A stretch of 64,000 nucleotides of DNA, from contig OX597820.1 of the NCBI GenBank assembly GCA_951406725.2, positions 63,302,001-63,366,000 of the forward strand. The letters run 5' to 3'. Of the stretch, positions 1 to 12,257 are shown piece by piece. Position 1 is the first letter of the stretch; each line of letters opens with the position of its first letter. The position numbers and the translations under genes were made by a program. The notes under the pieces are model-generated. The model made no database searches. It saw only the letters and a program-made list of their open reading frames with translations, and was not told the origin of the DNA. Source of the DNA: Octopus vulgaris (lineage: Eukaryota).

Positions 1-560
1 GGGTTAAACATATAATGAAATGATAAAAATGTATGTATACACGGTATACACTGAAAAGGAAGGGACATATGCAGAGCATATAAAGGTTTAAAAAAATAGC
101 GGAGAGGACGATAGAGATGTGGCCCTTCGTAGACAGGAAGGCCTTCAGGAATAATCGAGGAACACCGCTGTGCGAGATTTCCCTCAAAACCGAAGAACAA
201 GTGTCTTCTCCAATTCGTTCTCTCCGAGTTACAGGTCTACACTCCGAGGTAACATCCAATCTTGCCATTTTCACAACTTTCACCCATCTTTCAATACACT
301 CACTCGAAGACATCGCTTCTCACTCAACTCTCAATTTCCTTTTCGAATGAAACTTGAAAAAATCAATGGGAGCTTTACGAAAGCGGAACGTATCTGCCCT
401 CCACCAAACAACCTCTTTTGCCACAGCCACCAGGTAAAGGAAAACCGCTCTGCCTGACCAACTGAAGGAAGGCGACGTGGCGATCATTAGTACAGACTCG
501 GCCAACTGACGGATCCGTCCCACACGTGACAGCAGCTGATCGACATAAACCCGGTCATTG
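1..560 (-). mobile_element. 3' fragment of an L1/Tx1-type LINE (ORF2 C-terminus and 3' UTR)
   Basis: ORF 320..640 (LSRVGRIRQLAES...LVAVAKEVVWWR...IDFFKFHSKRKLRVE) matches the end of ORF2 in the LINE at 21.1-21.5 kb (GRVGLSAES...LVAMAKECIWWTR...INFFKYHLKRKVRVE). Confidence 0.85.
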
Positions 561-589
561 AATAATAGCCCCCAACTTTGGAACAAGGC

Positions 590-780
590 TAGTAATTTAA
601 TTTCATGGAGTGAATCGGTTACTTGCATCCGTGTGCTCAACTGGTACTTATTTTATCGAACCTGGATGAATAAAAAGCAAAGTCAACCTCTGCAGAATTT
701 GAACACAGAAGTTAAGACCGGATGAAATGCCGTTAAACATTTTGCCCGGCAAAGTAAATACTCTGCCACCTCGCACCCTT
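590..780 (-). mobile_element. tRNA-derived SINE, family B
   Basis: ctggtacttattttatcga...gcaaagtcaacctc...gaatttgaac motif shared with copies at 18.9, 26.3, 33.1 and 48.0 kb. Confidence 0.8.
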
Positions 781-1347
781 CGAAAATAACACTAATATCA
801 GTATATTGCTTCATAGGGAATACGCTATGTGATAGACCGCATATCTTTTCGAGTCAGATATATGTTTTTCATTTGTTTCATGTGATGAGACTAGAGGGAA
901 CATTGGTTCTTGCTAGAACGTTGAGTCATACTAAGTGATGTTTTTGCGCAACATTTGTTACGATAAAATGACGTATACATGTATAAAGTCTACATACATA
1001 ATAAATACTAGAAAAAATTGGTTGCGCAGAACATTACTCTTAATCAAAAAATTCGCAACATAAATATGTAAAGCGTGTTAATAAATCATCTCTTCCCTCA
1101 TGGGCACATCTTTACAGCTGACTAATTGCACATGGATATTTGTCTATATATTTATTTATTCATAAAATACGCTGTATTGGTTGGGTAGTAATTTTTCTTG
1201 TACCAACAGCATTATACAATTGTGTAAATGAGATGTATCAGAGAGTAATTTGTTTACATTTTAGTAAATAGTTTTCTGCTGATATCAACGGCTGTTTTGA
1301 AGAGATGAGCATTTGTGGTTGAAGATGTAACTCTTATAGACACTATA

Positions 1348-1499
1348 GGCGTAGGAGTGGCTGTATGGTAAATAGCTTGCTTCAAAACAACATGGTTCCG
1401 GGTTCAGTCACACTGCGTGGCACCTTGGGAAACTGTCTTCTACTATAGCTTCGAGTCGATCAATGCCATGTGACTGGATTTGGTAGATGGAAGCCGAAA
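1348..1499 (+). mobile_element. tRNA-derived SINE, family A (5' half)
   Basis: ggcgtaggagtggctgtatggtaa...ggttccgggttcagtc head with A/B-box-like motifs; same family as 9284-9707. Confidence 0.85.
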
Positions 1500-1685
1500 T
1501 CTTTTTATTTATTCATTATTATTAACGCTTTCGTTCGTTTCTCGAACTCTGTCAAATAGAATTTTGTGAATGTACAAACACCTTGTTCATTTATATAAAA
1601 CAGATGTTTTAGGGGGGTGTTTAGAAGAGGAGTACATTGTTTTTGATTGTCTTTTTTGGGGGGTGTTGAGGTTCCATGACAATGG

Positions 1686-1749
1686 AGATAGATAGATAGA
1701 AAGATAGGTAGATCAATAGATAGATTGTCAGACAGACAGACAGACAGAC

Positions 1750-1841
<92 letters not shown>
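1686..1841. repeat. Compound (GATA/GACA/CATA)n microsatellite
   Basis: Seen directly in the sequence. Confidence 0.95.
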
Positions 1842-1843
<2 letters not shown>

Positions 1844-2129
1844 TATTCATTTCGTCATTTACTATTTTATTGAAATGTGTTTAAGGATGGTGACCTCTTC
1901 AAGAAAAAACACAAGAAACAGGTGTGGTGTGGTTATCACTGTAAGTCTTTTTGCTTTATTTCACACTTTTCTCCATCCTTTTTCCATTTTTTTCTCCTCT
2001 TTCTTTATTTTCTCCTCTTTGAGTTATATTTAGAATACAAAATGTTCTATTTCCGCTTTTCTTTCAAGCATTCTATCTTGAAGAGAACTTTTTGATGAAA
2101 TGGAGTTCTATTGCTTTTCGTTATTGCGG

Positions 2130-2790
2130 ATCGTCCGGTGCACATTTGTAAAAGGGCAACATTTTGAATTTTCCGTCACTGCATATTACCAGATGCTTAC
2201 TTGATGGAATCTTGCGTAATTCTTCTTGTCGGATATATTGCCTAGGGATTCTTCCACGTTGGTAGAGGGGATTATTTGTTTCGCCAATGTTTTTGCAGTT
2301 TGGACAGGTGAATGCAGTATATTCAACACCGTATGTATTGTGTGTCTTGTTATTCTAATTTGACGACCTTGCTTCACGTGTTGATATTTGCAGTCCGTGA
2401 TTAAACATTTATTGCTCTGTTGCTACGTTCTTCGTTCTTCGGGATCTAGTTGGATGGTCACTTCTTGCATCGTTCTCAGAGCCCGTGGTCATAAGCTTTG
2501 CATGACGACTTTTTATTCTCTCTGGACGTAGTGAAGCATGCTTGTCTTTCCATGCACGCCATCATCTCTGAACCAAAACAATGGAATTCCATACTTCATA
2601 GCGTGCTGCTATCTTAGCTCGCTCATCAACAGTCAAAAGACCGGCCATCTGGAAAATAAAAAATACGAAATAAGAGAATAAAAAAATAAAAAACCTTCAG
2701 TATCGGTGTCTGATTAAGAAAATGTTTTCCTTATGACTTTAGTGATACTACAAATTCTAAAAGCAATTTCTAATGCCTAATTATTTTCCA
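2130..2790 (-). mobile_element. Decayed, internally deleted Tc1/mariner-superfamily transposon
   Basis: Minus strand from about 2649 reads MAGLLTVDERAKIAARYEVWNSIVLVQR*WRAW...KLMTTGS..DARS..P, which resembles a transposase N-terminal helix-turn-helix (DUF4817-like). Stops are present. Confidence 0.55.
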
Positions 2791-2804
2791 CCCATAACGA
2801 CGTA

Positions 2805-3462
2805 ATTACTTGTGCCTCTGAAAACATAATTTATGTCATAAATAGCTCGGGCTGCCACCAAGACTACGTGGGATCCACGGGACTATCACTCAGACGTAGA
2901 AGCACACTGCATCGACAACAGATTGCATTACCAGAATACAGAATGATACCTTTTAGTGAGCACATTGAGAAATGCGCAAAGCAACTACTACCACAATTTT
3001 TAATCTTTCCATTTTACCAATTTGCTATCGGATCATCAACACAAACTATACTAAACAAGGAAACATTCTTCATTGAAAATACAAGCCCAGACTTAACCAT
3101 TCCAACATACTCATACAGAGAAATTCACCCCAAAGGAAAGGAAAAAGATTTTAAGCGATTATCTCCCTTACACCGGAAGAAATCACTTATTACCTCCCCT
3201 TATTTAGAACTCTTTTCGACATAAACATAACGATAACTCTCCTCAACATAAACATAACGACGTAAGAAATTTGAAAAGCTAAACGCGAAACCGGTCTTTC
3301 TTCTAAACTATGTCATTGTAAGAAAAAAATTTATAATATTCTTCAGACATATTGACTTAAATATATATTCTTTAACCTTTTAAAACAAGCCTTCTGTAAT
3401 TTTTTCACTTTTTACTATTTTCTATATATTCAACCACGTGCTTTCACAAACCAACTTTCTTA
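2805..3462 (+). mobile_element. 5'-truncated Penelope-like element: GIY-YIG endonuclease end plus 3' pLTR, ending in (TA)n
   Basis: Translation ITCASENIIYVINSSGCHQDYVGSTGLSLRRRSTLHRQQI...SEHIEKC...NKETFFIE carries the GIY-YIG signature. An HHR motif lies at 3264-3302. Confidence 0.85.
3264..3302 (+). ncRNA. Minimal type-I hammerhead ribozyme motif, U3-A8 variant
   Basis: aagaaa-t-TTGAAAA-gc(taaac)gc-GAAA-ccgg-TC-tttctt: 6-bp stem I, 2-bp stem II and palindromic CCGG stem III. Confidence 0.75.
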
Positions 3463-3507
<45 letters not shown>

Positions 3508-3594
3508 TACATACATACATACATACATACATACATACATACATACATACATACACACTAACAATTACATATATGCATTTTTATTTATTACTTA

Positions 3595-3920
3595 TTGGCA
3601 CTCCGTCGGCCATGACTACGAGGGTTCCATTTAATCCGAACAACGGAATAGTGTTGGTGAAATATACGTCCAAGTGATTGAGCACTCCATTGAAACGTGT
3701 GCCATTTAAATAATTCGCATGGAGATTCAGTCTGACAGAGATGGTGACAAGGTTCGCCCATTGAATTACGAGTACAACTCATTATTAGCAGCTGAGTGAA
3801 CTGGGGCAGCAACGTGAAGTAAAGTGTCTTGCTCAGGGACACAACGGGCCACCGGGAATTGATCTCACCGTACTAAGATCGTGACTGGAACTAGCTAACA
3901 ACCAAGTCCCGCACCTTCAC
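3595..3920 (-). mobile_element. tRNA-derived SINE, family C variant
   Basis: cagctgagtgaactgg...caacgtgaagtaaagtgtcttgctcaggg core shared with copies at 5.3, 31.2 and 49.0 kb. Confidence 0.75.
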
Positions 3921-3987
3921 GTTATACATGCATATATACATGCATATATGTGCGTGTGTGTATGTATGTATGTATGTGTGTTGTTGT

Positions 3988-4037
<50 letters not shown>

Positions 4038-5179
4038 GTAGTTTAATAAATGACAATCAAGCTTTGTGTGCTTCCTAGTTTAGCATATCAGCTGTATTGA
4101 GGGCAAGAGAGTGGTGAAAGCATAGTAAAAATCTAGATCACAAGCATCAGGACATTCTTTATCATTTTCCTCTGCACTCCTGGAGCAAGTGGTTCTCTGA
4201 AAGTATGCGGAATCTGCAATGTTCTCCAGACATGAGACACACGGTTAGCGTCTTGTAATGTGGCTTGTATTGATAAATATTATTTTCTAAGATATTAATA
4301 TTTATTCTTCGCACATAATATATTGATTTCGTGCAAACAAAAGCTGTATGTAAAGCCCTTTTATGCAAGATCTATAATTGTTAACATATATTGAACATCA
4401 ACATTTGTTATATTCATTTGAAATCTTCACAATTTTCTGTAAATGTTGTCGAGTTCCATATCGAATCACAAGATATGATTTATCTAAGACAGTCACGGGT
4501 AAGAAGCTAAGTCCTGCACTATTTTCTGAATAGCACACCTAAGGAAACTATTATCTTGAATTTCAAGATAATCAGCATTGGGGCCCGCTTATCGAAGAGC
4601 CATGACTAGTGGATTTAACTTCACAAGAATTGTTGCCAATGCTTTATAAAGTCACAACAGGACCAGCAGCAGCAGTGACAGCAACTAGAACAACAACAGC
4701 AACAATATACTATAAAGAAACACCCAACAACGAAGAGTTTGGAGATTTCTTATAGAGTCATAGGAACATTCAATATTCCCTTAAGGGAAGGATAGAACAG
4801 AATAAAGCCGTCTTAAATACACTATGCCTCAGTGAAAGACGGTATTTTGAAATTAGCTTCTAAAAGTTAGCAAACAGATATATTAAGTTATCGTATAACA
4901 ACTTGTGACAAACTAGAGTTGAAATATGGATTTTTTGCGTAATTATATCATACATTTTAGGAGATTATATGTATTTAAGTGTAATGTATGTATTTGGAAT
5001 TTAAAAGCGTGACAAAAGAAATGTAGTAAGTTCAGAAAGAAGTGTATATTAAACTCATTACCTTGCAGTTTGTTTAGTATATTAAAACAGACGTAAACGA
5101 CTCTCTAAAGTCATCTAGAAATGGGATTTTCTGTATGACATTAGAATTATCTATCTATTTATCTGCCTACCTACCTACC

Positions 5180-5210
<31 letters not shown>

Positions 5211-5275
5211 TTATCTATCTATCTAAGTCCTATCAATCTATGAATAATTATACACACACACACACAGACACACAA

Positions 5276-5310
<35 letters not shown>

Positions 5311-5539
5311 ATAAATGCGCCCTTTTAAAGCCTAGACAGGCACATGGGCCGGTTTCCCGGTTTCAATGACATACGTGTTCCCCAGCTGGACGGGAAGCCA
5401 GTCCATCACAGCGTTACTCATTTTTGCCAGCTGAGTGGACTGGAGTAACGTGAAATGAAATATTTTGCTCAAGAACACAACGCGCCGCCCGGTCCAGGAA
5501 TCATGATGCTAACAACCTAACCACCAAGCCACACGCCTC

Positions 5540-5540
<1 letters not shown>
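5311..5540 (-). mobile_element. tRNA-derived SINE, family C
   Basis: Reverse complement of 48994-49250, with a short internal deletion. Confidence 0.9.
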
Positions 5541-5629
<89 letters not shown>

Positions 5630-5638
<9 letters not shown>

Positions 5639-5838
5639 GTGTCTGAGTTTGTCCCCACCATCATCGCTTGACAAACGATGTTGGTGTGTTTACGTACCCG
5701 TAACATAGTGGTTCGGCAAAGACCCGACAGAAGAAGTACGAGGCTTACAAAGAATAACTTCTGGGGTAGATTTCTTCGACTAAGGGTGGTGCTCCAGCAT
5801 GACTTCAGTCAGATTACTGAAACAAATAAATGAATAAC
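5630..5838 (+). mobile_element. SINE family A, 3' half
   Basis: cgcttgacaaacgatg...ggtgctccagcatg...ctgaaacaa tail. Confidence 0.85.
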
Positions 5839-5879
<41 letters not shown>

Positions 5880-6419
5880 TATATATATATATATATGCAC
5901 ACACACACGCATAAACATATACATGTATATATATTTATGTAAAATAACTCTACATATATACATATAAATATATACACACGTACATATGAGTTTGTGTGAG
6001 ATCATGCCTGTAGATGCCTGCGTCCGCCTATGTGTGTGCAAGCATGTGTATGTATGTATTTTCCAATGATGTTATTGTGTGTGTTGTTGACTTTTTGGCA
6101 GCTTCGACCGCCAAGATTTGAACTGTATATATTTGTGATGTGAATGATAGTAGTAGTAACAACACAAGAATACGTTGAAACTGAGAGGTGCCAGCTATGC
6201 GTTATATCTTTATAATGTAAAAACATATCCCGTACATCATTCATTATTCTCAGGTTTGTGTCCCTTGACAATTAAATTGACGATTAAACGGATCTCAGAA
6301 AACATATCTAATTCTCATCATAGCTCGCCACAAATTAATAGGAAAATTTGAATATAATATTGATAAATACCAAATTTTGAAAGAAAGACATGCACACACG
6401 CAATGGATCGTTAAAATCT

Positions 6420-6572
6420 TCAAGTTTTTATCATTCTCTCTCTGTTTATTTTCTCTTAATCCTTTCTGTTGAAGAGCATATGCTCGAAACATAAAAGACT
6501 TTTTCATATTCCCTTGCGTCAAACTAATACACTTGTTTGTCTTCGTCTTTTGTTTTTCTATAAATTTCATCT
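6420..6572 (+). mobile_element. Short non-coding pLTR-like element with atypical HHR motif (6462-6497)
   Basis: cttt-CTGTTGAA-gagc(atat)gctc-GAAA-ca-TA-aaag; homologous to 7480-7643 and 38764-38935. Confidence 0.65.
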
Positions 6573-6706
6573 TTATATAATTTGATCTGTTATAAGGTAG
6601 GCCACCTCAGTTCAGCGCTTCTGGCTTGAATATCAACAAGCGCAATTTTAAGGAATTTTTTTGTTTGCTGTAACCTCCGCTTAAACCAAAATCAAAAGGC
6701 GTGCAC

Positions 6707-6950
6707 CATTGGTTAGGCACTCATGTTTGCAAGATGTTAGTTTCGACTCGCGGACTGAGCGGTGCATTGTACACTTACGCAAAACACTTCATTCCACGTT
6801 GCCTTACTCCATTCAGCAATAAATGTGTTACTCTGCGATGAAATGGAGACCTACTCAGGGACGATGTTGCGATTCATTTCACGTATTCACCATGGGAACG
6901 AGGTATATACACCTATGAATCTTGTGACACGAGACAGTAATGATTAGGGA
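6707..6950 (+). mobile_element. Diverged SINE, family C
   Basis: tggttagg...tttcgactc...aaaacacttcattccacgttgc..ctccattcagc matches the family C head and core. Confidence 0.65.
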
Positions 6951-7208
6951 ATGAATGTTAATTATGACGAGTTTAATCCAAGCGTTGTGAATAAAACTGG
7001 AAAGCTAGAAACTGTGAGGAAGCCTCTAAGATAGCTATAACACAATAAATATACTGTGCCGTGAATTTCACATGTTCCCTCGTCCAACGTAACTAATTGC
7101 TTTAGTGTTTTTAGCAGTTCTTTAGAGTCAGTAGAACCGCATTCATGAATAATTCATTCATCATGTTTGTCTTCTCTCCAATATAACGTCAGTGGTATAG
7201 AAAGCTCC

Positions 7209-7302
<94 letters not shown>

Positions 7303-7360
7303 CATGTATATATATTTATATCTATCTCTCTCCATATATATATATATATCGTTAGGCACT

Positions 7361-7460
7361 NNNNNNNNNNNNNNNNNNNNNNNNNNNNNNNNNNNNNNNN
7401 NNNNNNNNNNNNNNNNNNNNNNNNNNNNNNNNNNNNNNNNNNNNNNNNNNNNNNNNNNNN
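7361..7460. other. Assembly gap (100 N) with overlapping flanks
   Basis: tatatatatatcgttaggcact occurs on both sides of the gap. Confidence 0.95.
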
Positions 7461-7479
7461 TCTCTCTATATATATATAT

Positions 7480-7641
7480 CGTTAGGCACTATACACATTT
7501 TTTCTCTCCTTGTTTTTTATGTGCCCCTTTCTGTAGAAGAGCGTAGGCTAGAAATGTAAAAGGCTTTTTCTATTCCTGAGCATTATACTAATACATCTGT
7601 TTGTTTTGTTCACCACCTGCTTTCGTCTTTGTTAAACTCTC

Positions 7642-7643
<2 letters not shown>
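7480..7643 (+). mobile_element. Short pLTR-like element in (TA)n with atypical HHR motif (7527-7562)
   Basis: cttt-CTGTAGAA-gagc(gtag)gcta-GAAA-tg-TA-aaag; closely similar to the reverse complement of 38764-38935; (TA)n on both sides. Confidence 0.75.
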
Positions 7644-7682
<39 letters not shown>

Positions 7683-7771
7683 GTACAGACGAGAAAATAT
7701 GTACACATATGCACAGAATATATAAATATGTATGAATGCGCACACAAACATACACATACATATACGCTCAC

Positions 7772-8295
7772 AAACAGGTGCATATTATACCCTGAATTTT
7801 AGTATATACTTTGACTATTAAATTATGTTTGCTGGCTGGCCACTGTATCATTATTTTGTTAAAGATAATGATTATTAATTTGAATTTTGAATTTAGACTT
7901 GCTCGCAAATGTTAGTTTGGAAGACGCGAGGCTTTCAGCCGAACAGATGCGCATGGAATAATAAATACATTTTTAAAAACAGTTTCTGTAGTATGCCTAG
8001 CTGAAGAGCTTTAATGCCATTGCGGCAAAGAAAGTGAAATCAATTGATACTGGAATAGCTCCCTCCCCTTCGTTGCTTTGCAAATGGGAACGACTGGTTT
8101 TTTTTAGCATATTTGCTACATTCTCCGTGCGTATATACTTATAGTGAGAGATGCTTGGCTATGGAGAGTTTTAACTCTTCTTGCTAGCAAACAGGTGCGC
8201 CTTTTAGTATATATTTTGCACATTTGGTTATGTTTGCCGGCGACTGTATCATTATTTTTTAAAGATAATGATAAGTTATTTGAATTTTGTATTCA
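7772..8295 (+). mobile_element. Partial tandem repeat (about 420-bp period) carrying a hammerhead; retrozyme/pLTR-like
   Basis: A diverged direct repeat of about 110-120 bp (aaacaggtgc...actgtatcattattt...aaagataatgat...tttgaattttg) lies at 7772-7895 and 8190-8295 and brackets the HHR. Confidence 0.65.
7997..8053 (+). ncRNA. Type-I hammerhead ribozyme motif, canonical core
   Basis: ctag-CTGAAGA-gcttt(aatgccattgcggcaaag)aaagt-GAAA-tcaattga-TA-ctgg; 8-nt palindromic stem III. Confidence 0.8.
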
Positions 8296-8354
8296 TATCT
8301 ATATATAGGTGTGTGTGTATTTGTACATACATACATGCATACATACATACATGC

Positions 8355-8391
<37 letters not shown>

Positions 8392-9084
8392 AAGAGAGAA
8401 AGAGGGGTAGATTGGTAGATAGATTTATAGATAGTTACATACATACTTGCATACATGCATGCATACTTACATTCATACATACATACATACATACATACAT
8501 ACATACATACATACATAAATACATACATACATGCTTATCTACATATAAATACATGTACATATATATGCATCTATGCGTGTATGTGTGTATTAATACACGA
8601 AGGAAGACTTTTGGTTTTACGTTAATTAAAATGTAAAATCGTCTTATCTGTAATAGCTCATTCGTCTCGAAAGCAGCATTGTGTCTCAATTAAACATGAC
8701 AGCAGAATATCCAACCAAAAAGTACTTAACTAAAACATACAAAAACATTAAAAGACTCTTCGCAAGTGAAGTTATTTCCAAACGTATATCAATTACGTTG
8801 TGAATTTCGTTGTTATGATTACTATCTCGAAATAAATTTGTTTCGTCTTAAATTTGAATATTTCGAAAAGATTCAAGAAATTCTATTATGAGTTATATTC
8901 TATTTATCTTTATTTTTCATTACTCTTTATCATTCATATATTTTTCACGTACAATATGCCAACTCTGCAACCTGTCATCTCAAGCCAATGCTAGAAGTAG
9001 CAGTGTTTTTCACCATAAATCACCTTCCACGCGTTTAAGCAACGAAGGAATCCTTAGGAAATTCATTTCTAAATACTCTTAAAG

Positions 9085-9202
9085 TGACGTGATGCTCACA
9101 GTTGAAAATTTGTCTTGGCTTACTCAACTACTCTTTTAACTGACATGACGCTCACAGTTCAAAATTTATCTTAGGTTAATCAACTACTCCTGTAACTGTC
9201 AT
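9085..9202. repeat. 56-bp tandem duplication (2 copies)
   Basis: tgacgtgatgctcacagttgaaaatttgtctt... followed by tgacatgacgctcacagttcaaaatttatctt... Confidence 0.85.
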
Positions 9203-9283
9203 TGTGATAGCGATTTCCTTTCACAGATTCGTAGTTCTTGTGTATGATTTCCCTTCACACTCTACTCAAGAAAATGAAACTTA

Positions 9284-9707
9284 GCGCAGGAGTGTCTGTG
9301 TGGTAAGTAGCTTGTTTACCAACCACATGGTTCCGGGTTCAGTCCCACTGCATGGCACCTTGGGCAAGTGTCTTCTACTATAGGCTCGGGCCACCAATGC
9401 CTTGTGAGTGGATCTGGTAGACGGAAACTGAAAGAAGCCCGTCGTATATATGTATATATATATATATATATATATGTGCGTGTGTGTGTTTGTGTGTCTA
9501 TGTTTGTCCCCCTAGCATTGCTTGGCAACCGATGCTGGTGTGTTTATGTCCCCGTTACATAGCGGTTCGGCAAAAGAGACCGATAGAATAAGTACTGGGC
9601 TTACAAAAGAATAAGTCCCGGGGTCGAATTGCTCGATTAAAGGCGATGCTCCAGCATGGCCGCAGTCAAAATGACTGAAACAAGTAAAAGAGTAAAAGAG
9701 TAAAGAG
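9284..9707 (+). mobile_element. Full-length SINE, family A (tRNA head, internal TA/TG microsatellite, (taaaagag)n tail)
   Basis: Reference copy; about 13 homologous copies in this window. Confidence 0.92.
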
Positions 9708-9857
9708 TTAGCCTTTTATATTGATAAAGTAATTCCTAACAAACAATCGAGTTTAATTTATCAACTATTTCCTCTCCTTAAAATTTCTTCCGTAAATAAT
9801 ATATATTTTCGAGTCAAATATTATACCTTTTATTATTAACATTTTACTGACCATCTA

Positions 9858-10041
9858 AGGCGGTGAGCTGGCAATATCGTTGCTTAGCGGTATTTCATTT
9901 GTCTTTACGTACTGACTTCAAAGTCCACTGTGGTCGACTTTACCTTTCATCCTTCCGGCGTCGGTAACATAAGTACCAGATAAGCACTGGAATGAATATA
10001 ATCGACTCAACTGCTGGCCTTGTGCCAATATTTGAAACCAA
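9858..10041 (+). mobile_element. SINE family B
   Basis: aggcggtgagctggca...ggtcgactttacctttcatcc...taagtaccag. Confidence 0.85.
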
Positions 10042-10229
10042 ATTGATTCTCCCTCTGCATATCTCTTACAATTTCTCATTTTAATAAGAAGTGTTACAGC
10101 CATGCTGATACAGTCTCTTATATATTTTATCTGTCCGATTATATATTTCAGTTTGTATTTTCCTTTGAGGTGCAGTAACAGGGATCTTTAGAAAGATTTC
10201 ACTGGTGTTTCTAGCAAAACCTGCGAGTA

Positions 10230-10520
10230 ACAACGAAAGCCATACGTTGGTGTTATTCCACATATTTCACAATGAAAGCAATTTTTCTCAGTGGCACCAT
10301 GCTTTTTCTGCATTTTATTGCTTGAATTTGATGAGATAACTTCTTGAAATGGTTATCAACTTCTTTGTTGATGTGGCCTAGGATGCCGATAACAATTGGT
10401 GGCACTCTCTGTTTATTTGCATTTCTGCATTATTCCTTTACTTTTCTGTGAATTCCAGTCTGTAATATCTTTTGTAGTCTAATAGCTTTGCTATTTCCTT
10501 TACAGGAATTTTATTGTCAG
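10230..10520 (-). mobile_element. Decayed 3' end of a restriction-like-endonuclease LINE (R4/Dong-like)
   Basis: Minus strand contains VPPIVIGILGHIN, the PIVIGxLG motif typical of the end of the RLE domain. The rest is disrupted. Confidence 0.45.
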
Positions 10521-10974
10521 CTGGACGTGACATATATCGATCGATGTACAGCAATTATCATGCTTAAATTTTTAGTGACACTTATCACTGGCATCGTTTT
10601 TGCCATCACCATCATCGTCTTATCGAAACAACCGTCTGTATCATCACCATCATCGTCGTCGTCGTCGACGCCGTCGTTGTTAACTTCAGCGGTGATGGCG
10701 CTGTAGTTATAATCGTCGTCCTCTCACCCCTCACTTCACCATAACATCATCATTACCATCACCAGTGTCATTTATATATCACCGTTCTTTTACTCCGACA
10801 TCATCAGTGATATCACAATTATTTTCTTTGACATCATCAGCAAAATGATACGTCTAATATTTAATTTTACAGATGATAATATATAATTAAATTCAATAAT
10901 CATGATATATAATAGTAGTATTACTCATAATTATTTTCAACGATTTTAAATTCTGTACATTTTATGAGCGTAAC

Positions 10975-11038
10975 AGCATCAGCACCACCTTCATCAGCAA
11001 TAGCAAGAGCAGTAGTTGCAGCAGTAGTGGTAGTAGTT

Positions 11039-11107
<69 letters not shown>
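10975..11107. repeat. (AGC)n/(AGT)n trinucleotide microsatellite
   Basis: Seen directly in the sequence. Confidence 0.95.
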
Positions 11108-12189
11108 AATTGTTTTCTTTATCGTAATTAATTCCATGATAGTCCAAAGATTCTCAGTCGGTTTTTTTCTTCCATTCAATTAAAGATATTTTAAGTAAAT
11201 CGTATGAACGCTCGTGTGCATATTTACAGCTTTCATTTCATTTTTTATTTATATCCAAGGCTTATTATAAAGAAGTTGGCTGTTTTCTCACAAAGAAATA
11301 AATCTTCCTCACTAAAATTTACAAATCGAAAATACATGAATCTAAAATAAAAAGTACTTCTTTTCTTCTTCTAAAGTTTTCGTTTCGCTTATAAGAGGAA
11401 TTCTCAGAATATCAATTAACACATCCTTCTTTTCTTTGAAAGCCCTAATGTTTTCCAGTTTAACTCTTAAACACCCGGTGTATAAGCGAGCATCTCAATG
11501 ACGTTTTAGTACAAATGAAACTGCAAATGAGACGAATACATGTTGCCTGTTTCCAATGAGTTGTCTATATGTGTCTTCTTCCTGTCTGGTTTTTATTAAA
11601 AAAATATACAGTCGAAATATTTGGGCAGTTGACTGCCACATTAAAGCTTGGTTTTTGCATTGTCACATAATTACTAGGTCAGTGGTGTTGTGTTTGTCGG
11701 ATGTTTTAATAGGAATATTTCGCCTACGGGAAGTTTTCCTTCGGTTTCGAAGATGACAAATTATTTGTTCGATCTACTCAATTTACTGCTAATTGGATTA
11801 ACTTCTAAACGGTTGAGCATTTCACATCCATGCAAATACCTTAATATAATTCTAAGTAGAATGAATCAGACACAGTGCAAGCATAACTCAAGATATATAC
11901 CTTGACTTATGCTTGCACTGAGGAGTGAAAAGTGCATAAAACTGCACTGATTACGAAATTACAATATGACATGCAGCTGAAGTCTGTTTTTAAATGACTT
12001 GCTTCGAGAGTTGGTTTCGGTACGACGTGTTTATTTATTTTAGTAGTTTTGACTTTAAGAGTCCCTCCTAGCGTGTGGCATTTATGTGTAATAATGACCT
12101 ATGTATGTATGTATGTATATATAAGACCCTTTGGTCTTTCTTGACAACAATACTTCTCATAACCTTGATTTCTCGCTATCATACATATA

Positions 12190-12257
<68 letters not shown>

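Noticed and set aside
4162-4368. CRFRILSENHLLQEC resembling a LINE C-terminal zinc finger
   Set aside because: Only a partial motif, with no supporting RT sequence nearby.
7340-7490. Direct repeat across the N gap
   Set aside because: Overlap of contig ends (assembly artefact), not a biological duplication.
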